A stretch of 64,000 bases of DNA. Source: a virus. Its lineage: Duplodnaviria > Heunggongvirae > Uroviricota > Caudoviricetes. Each line of letters opens with the position of its first letter. Position 1 is the first letter of the stretch. The stretch lies in IMG/VR virus record IMGVR_UViG_3300025133_000019; one strand, 5' to 3'. A program made the position numbers and the translations under genes. Below the pieces are notes generated by a model. It was not told the DNA's origin. It did no database searches and worked only from the letters and a program-made list of their open reading frames with translations. Shown one piece after another: positions 39,172 to 48,623 of this stretch.

Positions 39172-42100
39172 ATGGCTGACGTAAAATTTAAAGGTACAGA
39201 TTACTATAAGGTTAAGACACAAGATTTTAGGTCTTTACTCAGTTCTGAAGTTCATGAGATTCAAGATATACAGTCTTTTGAAGGTAGGGAATCTACCAAA
39301 CTAACTGTAGGAGATGGTCCTAGCGGAGAATCCTGGAAAGTTGTTGTCAAAAGCAGCGAAGAAATAAGGATTCAACCGGGAATATTCACTCATAACGGTA
39401 ATGTCTTACATTTAAGTTCTCCAGTAGATATAAAGTATAACGACAACACTCAAGTATTGACTACTAATGCTAGATACATAGTATTTTGTACTTACAAAGA
39501 TGTTGAAGTCTCCTATTTAGATGACCCAGATTTAAAAGACCCAAGCCTAGGAGAGACCAGCACTAGAATGGGTAGAGAGTACACGTTCGGAGTTCATAAA
39601 GAGTGGACCCCCGTGTCTGTGGGAGTTAATTATATTCCGCTGTCCTATTTTACATGGACAAATTCTGTACTCAGTTCCGGGGATCTGTTTGACTTAAGAT
39701 TTAAGTTTGCCCAACATTATGTGGTTGACGGATTTAACGTCTCGTCCTATTCAGTGGACGGCAGTAATGCTGTAGTAACTTTAGAGCCAGGAAGTTTTTC
39801 TTATTTAGGATCTTTTAAGAGATTGACTTCTCCTACAGATGATGAGGATCTAAAATTTGAAATTCCCTTGGCATCTTTAGGGACACAGTCTCGTTACCGA
39901 ATAGGTTACGAACTCAGTTCTCATTTAAGTAATTCTGCAACCACAGTCAAAGTATCAGTGAGTACAGTTTCGACGAGCACTCATTCTGGGCCTTTTGTGT
40001 CTTTATACAATATTACCGTGGATAGTTCAGGGGCTGTTGAATCAGAGACTAATGATGTAAGAAGATATGAGCCTTTAACCAGAAGAATCGCTTCTAACAA
40101 GTCTTTAGCATTAGCTGACGTTTCTTTCTTGAAACCAATGCAATCTCCCTCTCCTAACATGGGAGTTACTGTAAATGAGGGATGGTACTTTTTTAAAGGT
40201 GTGTATAAGTTTTATGCTGGAGGCATTATGCCTCATGACACAGTTTCGAATGTCGGCAAACACAGGCTGGATGTTGCGGGGTTATCCTCAAGTAACGTTC
40301 TTACTTTGTATAAAGGAACAGAAGTAGCTACAGGGGTAACACCAACAGAAAATACTTCTGTACCAGATGACTTTTTTAGGCTTTATCAAGTTATTATAAG
40401 TGATACTACCTCTTATATCACTGATCCAGCAAGTTTAAGTTCGCCTACAACGGGAGAGATAAAAGATTTTAGAAAGATATTTGACCATTTTCCGAGCGCT
40501 TCTACAGTTGGGGTGGATAGATCTGGGTTTGCTGGAACTAGTACGGGAGGTTTGCCCTCAACGGGAACTTCAGATTCAACTCAAGAAGTCCTGGATGATA
40601 TTGATAATGCCTTAGTTTCAAAACAGAATTTTACAAATTCTTTAGGTATTACTACTCAAGAGGGTCCTTCCGATGTTACTTTCAATTCTGTCACAGGTAA
40701 GATAACACTTGGACACGAAAATTATACAGGAGGAAATAGTGATCCTGCTACTAAAGTAGGGATAGCGGTAGAAGAAGATTCTTTGTTACCTAATAAAGTC
40801 ATTATAAAAAATACTTGGGATTCCGAATTGAGGAAGTTATCTTCTGGGGGAGTAGTTCCTACAACTATGCACTCACACCCAGGAGCGGGTGCAGTGGAAA
40901 ACGGAGCGCCGATTGTAGTTAATAGACAGATAGTTGAGGGCAGAATCGAAGACCGAATAGCTTTTATATCTGATTTTGTTGTCGATGAGGTACTTAATTC
41001 CCCTTTTGCTCTAATTGAAGCTACTGAAAGTATACCTACTCATATAAATCTTAATATAAATACGGGAGGAGCACTAGAGTTAACAGAAAGTGGATTTACC
41101 GTAAAAGTTGACAGTACTAAAGGTTTAAAGACATCTAACGACGGATTGTTAATTTATACTCATGCTACTCAATCTGGATTAGATTTTATAGATGATGGAA
41201 CCGGAGACTGTTATTTAAAAGTTCAGCTTGCTCCCGGATTTACTATAAATGGTTCTAATGAAATTGAATATGACTTAGCTCCTTTAGGGGGCCTTGTTGT
41301 TGATCCAGCTAATGGGTTAGCAGTTGGAGAAGCCTCCGAGATAGTAAATACCTTTAAAGGGCTGGGAGTAGAGGGAAGCTCGCCGTCCGAGAAGCTGATT
41401 GTAAAAAGGCTAGGGGCTATTGATTTTGATGGAGCAGGGTATCTTAAAGTCAATCTTGCAGATGGAGGGGACGGTACTAATCCCGGAAGCTCCTTTTTAT
41501 TAGAGCAGGCGTTCAGTATTCCAGGAGATGCGGGCAGTTACTTAAGAGTCAATATAAATGAGAATAAAGGTCTGGAGGATGTTGGGGGCGCATTGGCCGT
41601 CAATCTTGGAGCGGGACTATCTTTTTCCGGGGCAGGAGCAGTTGATCTGGACGTAGATTCCTTGGTAGTAGCTGATCCTGAGACTAATAAAAAAGGTCTA
41701 GAAGTGTCTTCTGGAACACTAGGAGTAAAGCTAGAAGCTACCACGCCTTCTCTAAAGGTTGCTGCTACAGGAGAATTGGGTGTTAAACTGAATACGGCCT
41801 CTGGATTGGCAGTCACCGCCTCTGGATTAGAAATAAATCTCGAATCCACGAATTCTGGTCTGGAATTTACAGGGGTAGATCCGGTTAAAGAGTTAGCCCT
41901 TAAGATATCCCCTAATAAAGGTTTAGCCACTACTACAACAGGTCTAGAGGTTAAGCTAGCGAGTGGTGGAGGGTTAGAGCATAGTGCAAATGGCTTGAAA
42001 ACCACTAGCGGGTTCTCTCCTACAGGGACAATTTATTTATTCGGTGGAGAAATATACGACTCTGCTTTGGTAACTCCGGAAGTTTTAACAGATAGTTTTA

Positions 42101-42933
42101 ATACCTATGACGTAGAGACCAAGACCTTTAATTTTTTGGCTAATCCTACTACACACAAGAAAAAATCTTTAGGCAGTTTTGGGTTTAGTTCTGATAATAC
42201 AGTTCATGTATTCGGCGGTACTACTAATTTTGTAGATACTAATGATTCACATTTTAAGTATGATATAGGAACTATGGTTTGGACAACAGAAGCCAACATG
42301 AATCTTCAGGGCAGAGAGATGGCCTCCGTAAATATTTCAGACTCTGTTGGAATTATGTTAGAGGGAACTGCTGGAACTAGTGTGGAGGCGTACCAGACTT
42401 CTGGAGGGTGGACTAACATTGGGAGTAGTACTGGTAGGGACGGAGTTGCAGCAGCAACCTCGAACACCGATTCCCCTGGAGCAGGTAATTCGGCCAGGAT
42501 TCTGTATTTTGGTGGAAATTTGGGAGTGACTTATTACAATGAGTTGAAAGAGACCGTAATTGATGATGTTATAGCCGTAGGTACTACTTCATTAATAGGA
42601 ACCGTAGCCCCGGCTTTACAATACGCTTCCGCTTTTAAAGTTGTTGATGATGAGATAATGGTTGTGGGCGGGAGAGACGATTCTCTTCATTATACTACTG
42701 TTTTTCAAGTAGATAATGGTGGAACTAGTACCTCTAAAAATCCTTTGCCGTTTTTATCCAAAAGTGATATGGCTTCAGTAGTTAATGGAGGCAAAGCTTT
42801 CTTTTTTGGAGGGATTACCTCTAACGATTCTGTGATTAGTGACATTTTATCATTTGATATAGCTACAGAAACGTGGTCTTTTGAAGGCAAAACAATGATA
42901 CCTATTAGGAATTCTACAGCAACTATAGTATAA
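39172..42933 (+). CDS. Tail fibre with GL shaft repeats and C-terminal six-bladed Kelch propeller
   Basis: N-terminal LLSSEVHEIQDI...DLKDPSLGETSTR attachment domain; many GL.....L.V.L repeats (about 41060-42000); Kelch blades IYLFGG, VHVFGG, IMLEG, ILYFGG, IMVVGG, AFFFGG. Confidence 0.8.
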   Translation: MADVKFKGTDYYKVKTQDFRSLLSSEVHEIQDIQSFEGRESTKLTVGDGPSGESWKVVVKSSEEIRIQPGIFTHNGNVLHLSSPVDIKYNDNTQVLTTNARYIVFCTYKDVEVSYLDDPDLKDPSLGETSTRMGREYTFGVHKEWTPVSVGVNYIPLSYFTWTNSVLSSGDLFDLRFKFAQHYVVDGFNVSSYSVDGSNAVVTLEPGSFSYLGSFKRLTSPTDDEDLKFEIPLASLGTQSRYRIGYELSSHLSNSATTVKVSVSTVSTSTHSGPFVSLYNITVDSSGAVESETNDVRRYEPLTRRIASNKSLALADVSFLKPMQSPSPNMGVTVNEGWYFFKGVYKFYAGGIMPHDTVSNVGKHRLDVAGLSSSNVLTLYKGTEVATGVTPTENTSVPDDFFRLYQVIISDTTSYITDPASLSSPTTGEIKDFRKIFDHFPSASTVGVDRSGFAGTSTGGLPSTGTSDSTQEVLDDIDNALVSKQNFTNSLGITTQEGPSDVTFNSVTGKITLGHENYTGGNSDPATKVGIAVEEDSLLPNKVIIKNTWDSELRKLSSGGVVPTTMHSHPGAGAVENGAPIVVNRQIVEGRIEDRIAFISDFVVDEVLNSPFALIEATESIPTHINLNINTGGALELTESGFTVKVDSTKGLKTSNDGLLIYTHATQSGLDFIDDGTGDCYLKVQLAPGFTINGSNEIEYDLAPLGGLVVDPANGLAVGEASEIVNTFKGLGVEGSSPSEKLIVKRLGAIDFDGAGYLKVNLADGGDGTNPGSSFLLEQAFSIPGDAGSYLRVNINENKGLEDVGGALAVNLGAGLSFSGAGAVDLDVDSLVVADPETNKKGLEVSSGTLGVKLEATTPSLKVAATGELGVKLNTASGLAVTASGLEINLESTNSGLEFTGVDPVKELALKISPNKGLATTTTGLEVKLASGGGLEHSANGLKTTSGFSPTGTIYLFGGEIYDSALVTPEVLTDSFNTYDVETKTFNFLANPTTHKKKSLGSFGFSSDNTVHVFGGTTNFVDTNDSHFKYDIGTMVWTTEANMNLQGREMASVNISDSVGIMLEGTAGTSVEAYQTSGGWTNIGSSTGRDGVAAATSNTDSPGAGNSARILYFGGNLGVTYYNELKETVIDDVIAVGTTSLIGTVAPALQYASAFKVVDDEIMVVGGRDDSLHYTTVFQVDNGGTSTSKNPLPFLSKSDMASVVNGGKAFFFGGITSNDSVISDILSFDIATETWSFEGKTMIPIRNSTATIV

Positions 42934-42943
42934 TGTGATTATG
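42929..42943 (+). promoter_or_regulatory. Candidate -10 element (TATAAT) giving a leaderless mRNA
   Basis: TATAAT-GTGATT-ATG, the same geometry as at 7590-7604; overlaps the fibre stop codon. Confidence 0.35.
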
Positions 42944-43558
42944 AAAAATAATTTAGATAAAATATTCAGCGAAATAGAAGAATCACGAGAAGACCTAGTG
43001 GATAAGTCAGAAATTTTGCCCCTGTTTTCGTCAGAGTTTCAGTTGGCCAACTTCTCTTTGTCTAAAGGGGCTATTAATGAATTTGGTTTGTTTAAAAAAA
43101 CTAAATTAGAATTGCAGGGACGATTAGATATGCTGCAAAGTTTATATTTTAGCTATGAGGGATTAAAAATAGACATTGATGAGATAAATGAGGCTTTAGA
43201 AAACGAAGATAACAAGTTTTCAGTAAGAAGGTTACAACTAAGTTTAAAAGAGAAAGAGGCAGCACTTTTTAATATCGAGAGATCTGTGTCTAATCTCAAT
43301 CAAGAGTACGGAATGATGAGAGATGTCTTTCTGAAGTTGTATGATAAATTTAAAGATTCTGACATCAATTCTTTGGAGATAGAATATTGGATAGAAAAAT
43401 ATAGACTAGACGTTTCCAAGCTTCTTAAAGAAGGGAAAGTTCAAGAGTTAGGAGACCTTTTATCCTCTTTTGATTCCGGATTCGCAGAGAAGATTGTGGA
43501 AGGAGTTCCGGGATTGACATCAGAGAGAATTAGCAGAGAGGTTGGTAATGCCGAATAG
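42941..43558 (+). CDS. Coiled-coil protein, possible fibre chaperone
   Basis: About 205 aa of helical heptads between two fibre genes. Confidence 0.55.
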   Translation: MKNNLDKIFSEIEESREDLVDKSEILPLFSSEFQLANFSLSKGAINEFGLFKKTKLELQGRLDMLQSLYFSYEGLKIDIDEINEALENEDNKFSVRRLQLSLKEKEAALFNIERSVSNLNQEYGMMRDVFLKLYDKFKDSDINSLEIEYWIEKYRLDVSKLLKEGKVQELGDLLSSFDSGFAEKIVEGVPGLTSERISREVGNAE

Positions 43559-45716
43559 TTTTTCACTATCTTTTAGTCCTATAAAAAGAAGGACCCTTAG
43601 TATTAGTCAAAGTCCTCCTGCTGCTGTAGAATTAGCGTATCGAGAGAGACTGCTCCACTCTGGAATAATTTCTTCCTTTGTCTCTGGAACGCAGTTCAAG
43701 AGTTTGGCTAACCCAATTCCCGATGATGCCCCAATAAATAGTTCTTTGAAAGTAGAATTACCTGCTACAAGTCAGCCTCATGTTAACCCAAAGGGGTTAA
43801 AATATTCGGTTAGAATAATTTCTAGTGAGGGAGATATATCGTGGAGGGATTTGGTTTCCCTGGAGGATTCTGGCACGGGATCTATCAAGGATAGCCTCAT
43901 TACTATAGATGCTTCTATAGATACTGCCTTAGTAGGAGCGAGGTGGGACATACTGTACCCTGTTGACGACGGTATAAGATATGTGTCTACCGTAAGCGCT
44001 GTTGACAGCCAAGCAAAGACAGTAACTGGACAAGCAGATAATATAATTAGTGAGCTTTCGTTAGTAGATGGAAAACCTGATTTTGATTTAGTAGTAGTTA
44101 GCGCCACAGACGGATCTATTCAAACACGTACAATAAGTTCTTTGACTGATTTTGGCACAATTGTGATAACCTTGGATAGCTGGTATACCAATGACCCAAG
44201 TGTTAACGATATAATTTTTATAAAGAGTGCTAAGTGGACTGGATTTTCTAATCCTATTTATGATCCTTATACTGATTTAGCAGCTTTCAAGACTTTTTTA
44301 ACTACTGCTGCTCCAACTCTTCCTATTCCTCTTATAGATCCTCTGTTTGACACAGACGTTGTGATTGGAGATGGGAACGCTACTGCATACCCAGTTTTTG
44401 ATTATGAATCAGAGTACAGTACTGGAGAGATAGTTTGGTTTGGAAATAGCATAACAGGTTTGAAATCCCAGACTAGCCCTAAAATTTATCCAGTGGATTA
44501 TACAGCAGCAGGGGCAGATCCGGCACTCTATACCACGAATAAGCCCTTGGCTCCTTATAATATGAAACTTAAGTGGTCAGGGACTGCTTTGGGAACTACC
44601 AATTTTATAACTGAAGGTCAGGCTTTTACTTTAGTCAATGGTGACCAGGATGCCAACACTCTTCATCATCATGACTCCTATATAAAACAAGAAACCTACA
44701 CTCAACAAGAAGTTCTAGACCTTATTAATTCTTCTTTACACTGGATCAAGATAGGGGATGATGTCTACCAGAGATATGAAGGGAAGGTTGGTATAGGTAA
44801 AGCAACGAATCCTAAGGCTCATTTACACATAAAAACCAACGAGGGTGATCAATTCATGTTGGAGAGGTCTTCTGTAGATCCAGACGATGTTTTCGATACC
44901 CGTGTTTCGGCAAAAAATGGATATTTTAGTCAAGCTTCGGGTTGTGCTGCTATAACTTCACCTGGAGAAGTTAACTTGGCTTTCTCAGCCACTTTAAGCC
45001 AGACTATCAGTGTTCTGTGGGTAGAGGGGAATCAAACCCATACTACTGTGTCTGGATCATCGGTAACTATAACTGGATTAGCAGTGTCCACAGAGCATAA
45101 TTTTATATGTACGTCTAGCTTGACTGGATTTTCGGTTCAAGTGGCGGTCACTCTTTCAAATAATACAAGTTCTTTTAGCATAGTATCTGGAAGTTTTAAT
45201 TATTCTGCTTCGGGGTCAAATTCGGCTTTTTTACCTACGGGCGGATTCCTTATTGATGGAACAGACGCTGCGACACTTCAATTAACTATGGGTATTGTGG
45301 GATCTGGTGGAATTATCAGAACTAATGTTCCTAATTCCTCTTTCCAATTTGACAATGATTTAACAGTGTTTGGTAATTTCCAAACGCCGTCTGATGAGAG
45401 AATAAAGACCAACATAGAAAATATATCCAATCCTTTGGAGTTCATTAATAAAATGCAGGGAGTATATTTCGATTTTGAAGATTCTCAGAGGGAGTTTGTC
45501 AACTTGTCTGGGCACCGTATGGGTTATATAGCACAGCAAATGCAAGAGATATTCCCTTTTGTAGTAAAGGAAACCGGCAAAAATTCTATCCTATCTATAA
45601 GGTATCAGGATATAATACCAGTTCTTAGTGAAGGTATAAAGGAACTTTGTGGCAAAATAGAGGAATTGCAAGATAAGGTAGAGGAGCTTGAGGAGAAGGT
45701 TAATAATGAGTCATGA
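43548..45716 (+). CDS. Tail fibre/spike with C-terminal peptidase S74 intramolecular chaperone
   Basis: GKVGIG...P.A.LHI; SDERIKTNI...G.IAQ....FP.VV...L.EGIKEL plus terminal coiled coil; likely start MPNSF at 43548. Confidence 0.88.
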   Translation: MPNSFSLSFSPIKRRTLSISQSPPAAVELAYRERLLHSGIISSFVSGTQFKSLANPIPDDAPINSSLKVELPATSQPHVNPKGLKYSVRIISSEGDISWRDLVSLEDSGTGSIKDSLITIDASIDTALVGARWDILYPVDDGIRYVSTVSAVDSQAKTVTGQADNIISELSLVDGKPDFDLVVVSATDGSIQTRTISSLTDFGTIVITLDSWYTNDPSVNDIIFIKSAKWTGFSNPIYDPYTDLAAFKTFLTTAAPTLPIPLIDPLFDTDVVIGDGNATAYPVFDYESEYSTGEIVWFGNSITGLKSQTSPKIYPVDYTAAGADPALYTTNKPLAPYNMKLKWSGTALGTTNFITEGQAFTLVNGDQDANTLHHHDSYIKQETYTQQEVLDLINSSLHWIKIGDDVYQRYEGKVGIGKATNPKAHLHIKTNEGDQFMLERSSVDPDDVFDTRVSAKNGYFSQASGCAAITSPGEVNLAFSATLSQTISVLWVEGNQTHTTVSGSSVTITGLAVSTEHNFICTSSLTGFSVQVAVTLSNNTSSFSIVSGSFNYSASGSNSAFLPTGGFLIDGTDAATLQLTMGIVGSGGIIRTNVPNSSFQFDNDLTVFGNFQTPSDERIKTNIENISNPLEFINKMQGVYFDFEDSQREFVNLSGHRMGYIAQQMQEIFPFVVKETGKNSILSIRYQDIIPVLSEGIKELCGKIEELQDKVEELEEKVNNES

Positions 45717-46347
45717 AGATTTAGTAACTATAATTAAAAATGAAGAGGGGCTCTTTTCTATTGATTACATGGACTCAGATTTGCAGAGGGAAAGGGTCCC
45801 CGTGGACTCCAATGATGGGATAAAGTTTAAAAAAAATACTATCGAGGTAGTTGACAAGGTTTTTGGAGATTCTATTGCCATCAAAAAAAAGTCAATACTG
45901 TCAGTACTGTCCTATCACGGAGACTCTTCTAAAGTTGTGGAAGGCTTGAAGAGGGATCATAACACTCTTCAAGAGTATTCCCAATCCAAAGCTAAAAGTC
46001 TTCTATTTTTATTGGGGCCTAGCTTACCTGAGAAAATAGTAATGGCGGTTTTTAATCTAAGTAAGGTCGAGGATATATACAACCATTTACCAGTGGATAT
46101 AGATAAACACAGAAAAGTGTGGTCTGGGTTGATAACTGCTAGGTCTGAAGATTACCTTCAATTGCTAGAGTCTAGCTCTATGGATAAAGAGTCACCAGAA
46201 TATAAAAAAATGGTTAAGGAAGTTAAGTCTTTGGCCGTAAAGGAAAAAATTGAAAGTCTTTCTAGTGTGAAGGAGTTGATAGGTTTCTGGCCTCCTTTAC
46301 TGTACCCTTCTCACATTCCCCTCTCTTATTTTTTTGATGAGCAATAG
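45706..46347 (+). CDS. Hypothetical protein, possible fibre-assembly factor
   Basis: Overlaps the fibre stop; C-terminal ELIGFWPPLLYP. Confidence 0.5.
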   Translation: MSHEDLVTIIKNEEGLFSIDYMDSDLQRERVPVDSNDGIKFKKNTIEVVDKVFGDSIAIKKKSILSVLSYHGDSSKVVEGLKRDHNTLQEYSQSKAKSLLFLLGPSLPEKIVMAVFNLSKVEDIYNHLPVDIDKHRKVWSGLITARSEDYLQLLESSSMDKESPEYKKMVKEVKSLAVKEKIESLSSVKELIGFWPPLLYPSHIPLSYFFDEQ

Positions 46348-47053
46348 AATAGCCTTAATAGCCACGGGTCCTTCTTTACTAAGTAAAAAAGGACCTTTAA
46401 TTGATTCCTTCGGTAAAGTGGTAAGAATGGGGAGATCCATTCTTAAAGGGTACGAAGAACATGTTGGGGAGAGAACCGACATCTTTTGTGCCGTACCTTT
46501 TAAGATTGCTCCAGTATTAGATGCTATACACAATGGTTACGGGATAAAATCCTTACACTCGAATTACCCAGAAGTTAGTACTTTCGATGCCTGTACTCTA
46601 TTAAATTTGGGAGGTATATTTCATATAGATAGGGTGCCCGAAATATGGTGGAGAGATGATGCCGAAAAGATAGTAGCTGACTATATTAATAAGCTGGATA
46701 AACACGGATTCGGAAGAACTAAAGAATTCGAGTCTCTGTTCAAGGGGTTCATGTCTCTCGATAAGAAACACAGGTACTCTAGCAAAGATTACAGATTAGA
46801 ATTGGGAGATAACTTAAAGATGTCTTCGTGCAATTCTCAAGTCATCCCTACGTCCGGAATATCATTTTTACATCTAGCTACCAAGATTTACGCAAAGGAA
46901 GAAATTGTTATAGGGGGTTTTGATTTTCTTTCGGGGGGCTGTTATTGGAATGTAAATCTATCCCATTTTAAAAATCACCCCTCATTTCAGGAGATGCTTT
47001 TTGTGCAAGAGTTGAAAAAGTCTGGTAAAGTCTTATTTTTAGGTGATATGTGA
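46337..47053 (+). CDS. GT29 (sialyltransferase-like) glycosyltransferase
   Basis: Sialylmotif L-like IALIATGPSLL...G.LIDSF..VVRM......GYEEHVGERT; S-like PTSG...GGFDF; VS-like H...QE. Confidence 0.8.
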   Translation: MSNRIALIATGPSLLSKKGPLIDSFGKVVRMGRSILKGYEEHVGERTDIFCAVPFKIAPVLDAIHNGYGIKSLHSNYPEVSTFDACTLLNLGGIFHIDRVPEIWWRDDAEKIVADYINKLDKHGFGRTKEFESLFKGFMSLDKKHRYSSKDYRLELGDNLKMSSCNSQVIPTSGISFLHLATKIYAKEEIVIGGFDFLSGGCYWNVNLSHFKNHPSFQEMLFVQELKKSGKVLFLGDM

Positions 47054-47688
47054 CTAAAGTTTGTATTGTAGGAAACGGAGGAAGTGCCCTGGATAGTAAG
47101 AAGGGGCGTGAAGTGGATGATTGCGACGTGGTAATTCGGATGGGGATGTGTCCCTTAAAAGGTTATGGGGATCACGTAGGAACAAAAACTTCCATATATT
47201 CTACAGGATTGTCTTATAAAAAATTTTATGATACTAAAAAGGCAGGTCTTTTTGAGCTATCTAAAGAGGTATGGTCATTTGTTCCGGTAGGGCCTGTTCC
47301 CAACGGCATAACAAAGTGGGAACAGGATTTTGTAAAAGATTGGGAACAGTCTTCTCGTGATTATTTAAACAAGGCGGAGACGGGGCTTTGTGGAGAGTCC
47401 GTAGTCTCAATTGATTATAGTAAAGCTCTAGAAGTGGTGAGAGATTTGGGATTGACTGGGATGAACAATAATATGGGAGAGTTTTTGAGACCTTCTTTAG
47501 GATTTTTCACCGTATATAAATCCATGATGGAGTTCTCAGGTTCCTGCATATCCTTGTTGGGTTTTGATTTTTTTAATTCTGGTTGGTACTGGGATCTAAC
47601 TCACAAGTGTAATCATAAGCACAGCCCTTTTTTGGAAAAAGTGTGGATAAACACAAAAATATCTGAAGGATCATTAAAGTGGCTATGA
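47050..47688 (+). CDS. GT29 (sialyltransferase-like) glycosyltransferase, second copy
   Basis: VCIVGNGGS.L....G.EVDDCDVVIRM......GY.DHVGTKT; PSLG...LLGFDFF; HSPFLE. Confidence 0.85.
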   Translation: MTKVCIVGNGGSALDSKKGREVDDCDVVIRMGMCPLKGYGDHVGTKTSIYSTGLSYKKFYDTKKAGLFELSKEVWSFVPVGPVPNGITKWEQDFVKDWEQSSRDYLNKAETGLCGESVVSIDYSKALEVVRDLGLTGMNNNMGEFLRPSLGFFTVYKSMMEFSGSCISLLGFDFFNSGWYWDLTHKCNHKHSPFLEKVWINTKISEGSLKWL

Positions 47689-48623
47689 CTGAGACGCTGT
47701 ATTTTCTCTGCGATCGAAAAGTAGAGAACTATTTAGATAACGATCAAGACCATTTACCAGGAAAAGACGTTATTGGGTACATGTTTTGGATTCTCAGGAA
47801 TTACGGGGTTACGAACGTAAAAATGGTGACTGATGCTAGAAGTTTGGACAAGGATAGTGTGGTATTTTTTCACGGGGATAATATACATCTTATATCAACA
47901 AAGAAAGTGAGAGCTGTACAGTTTGTATCGGATAGGCCAAAAGTTGAAGGGTGTTTTTTATATCTCTTTTGTAACCCGTCTTTTTTTTCAGGGGAGGTTT
48001 TCCCCGAGGTTGCCAGGAGAGTGGGAATAAAGAATGCCATGGGAATTGCTCTGCAACCAAATTATAGGTATGTATTACACCCCTTCTCTAACGGCATCAT
48101 AAAGTGTACACCCAGTTTTCCACCTAAAATTTTTGGGTTTAGTGGCCGGGAACACACTATAGACCCAGAGTTTCTGAAGCCCTCTTTTATAAAAAAAGCT
48201 GCTGAAAACGAAATTCAGTTGCAACTTAGATTCGATTTAGATAGAAACACCGGAAATGAAGATGTTTGGTTTTGTGTAAGAAACAATAAATATGTATCCA
48301 ATTCTGGCTACAATTTAGATGGAGAGGGCGGTCACAAACATCCCGGAAGACTATATCAAGCTTGGTATATGGGGGTTCCTTCTATCTTTAATTCAAGCTC
48401 TGAGATGCTGTCTTTGAAAGAGAGTAAGCTGGACTTCCTTGTAGCTGACAATTCAGAAGAGTTTATTGAGAAGGCTAGTCTATTAAAAAATGATAGAGAC
48501 TTGTTTTTTGGGATGATTGACAACTCTAAAAGAAGATCAGACGAGGGATCTAATTTAGCTATGATTAGTAGCCTAATAGAAGCTCTCAGTCCTGAAGGGA
48601 TACATTTAAATCGGGTAGTTTGA
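47685..48623 (+). CDS. Putative GT-B glycosyltransferase
   Basis: K.FGFSG...; KHPGRLYQAWYMGVPSIF resembles the GT-B nucleotide-binding K...KL..A...GVP.I motif. Confidence 0.65.
   Translation: MTETLYFLCDRKVENYLDNDQDHLPGKDVIGYMFWILRNYGVTNVKMVTDARSLDKDSVVFFHGDNIHLISTKKVRAVQFVSDRPKVEGCFLYLFCNPSFFSGEVFPEVARRVGIKNAMGIALQPNYRYVLHPFSNGIIKCTPSFPPKIFGFSGREHTIDPEFLKPSFIKKAAENEIQLQLRFDLDRNTGNEDVWFCVRNNKYVSNSGYNLDGEGGHKHPGRLYQAWYMGVPSIFNSSSEMLSLKESKLDFLVADNSEEFIEKASLLKNDRDLFFGMIDNSKRRSDEGSNLAMISSLIEALSPEGIHLNRVV

Noticed and set aside
13902-45716. Bacterial extracellular contractile injection system or tailocin
   Set aside because: Capsid, scaffold and neck genes plus a phage replication module are linked, which indicates a complete phage
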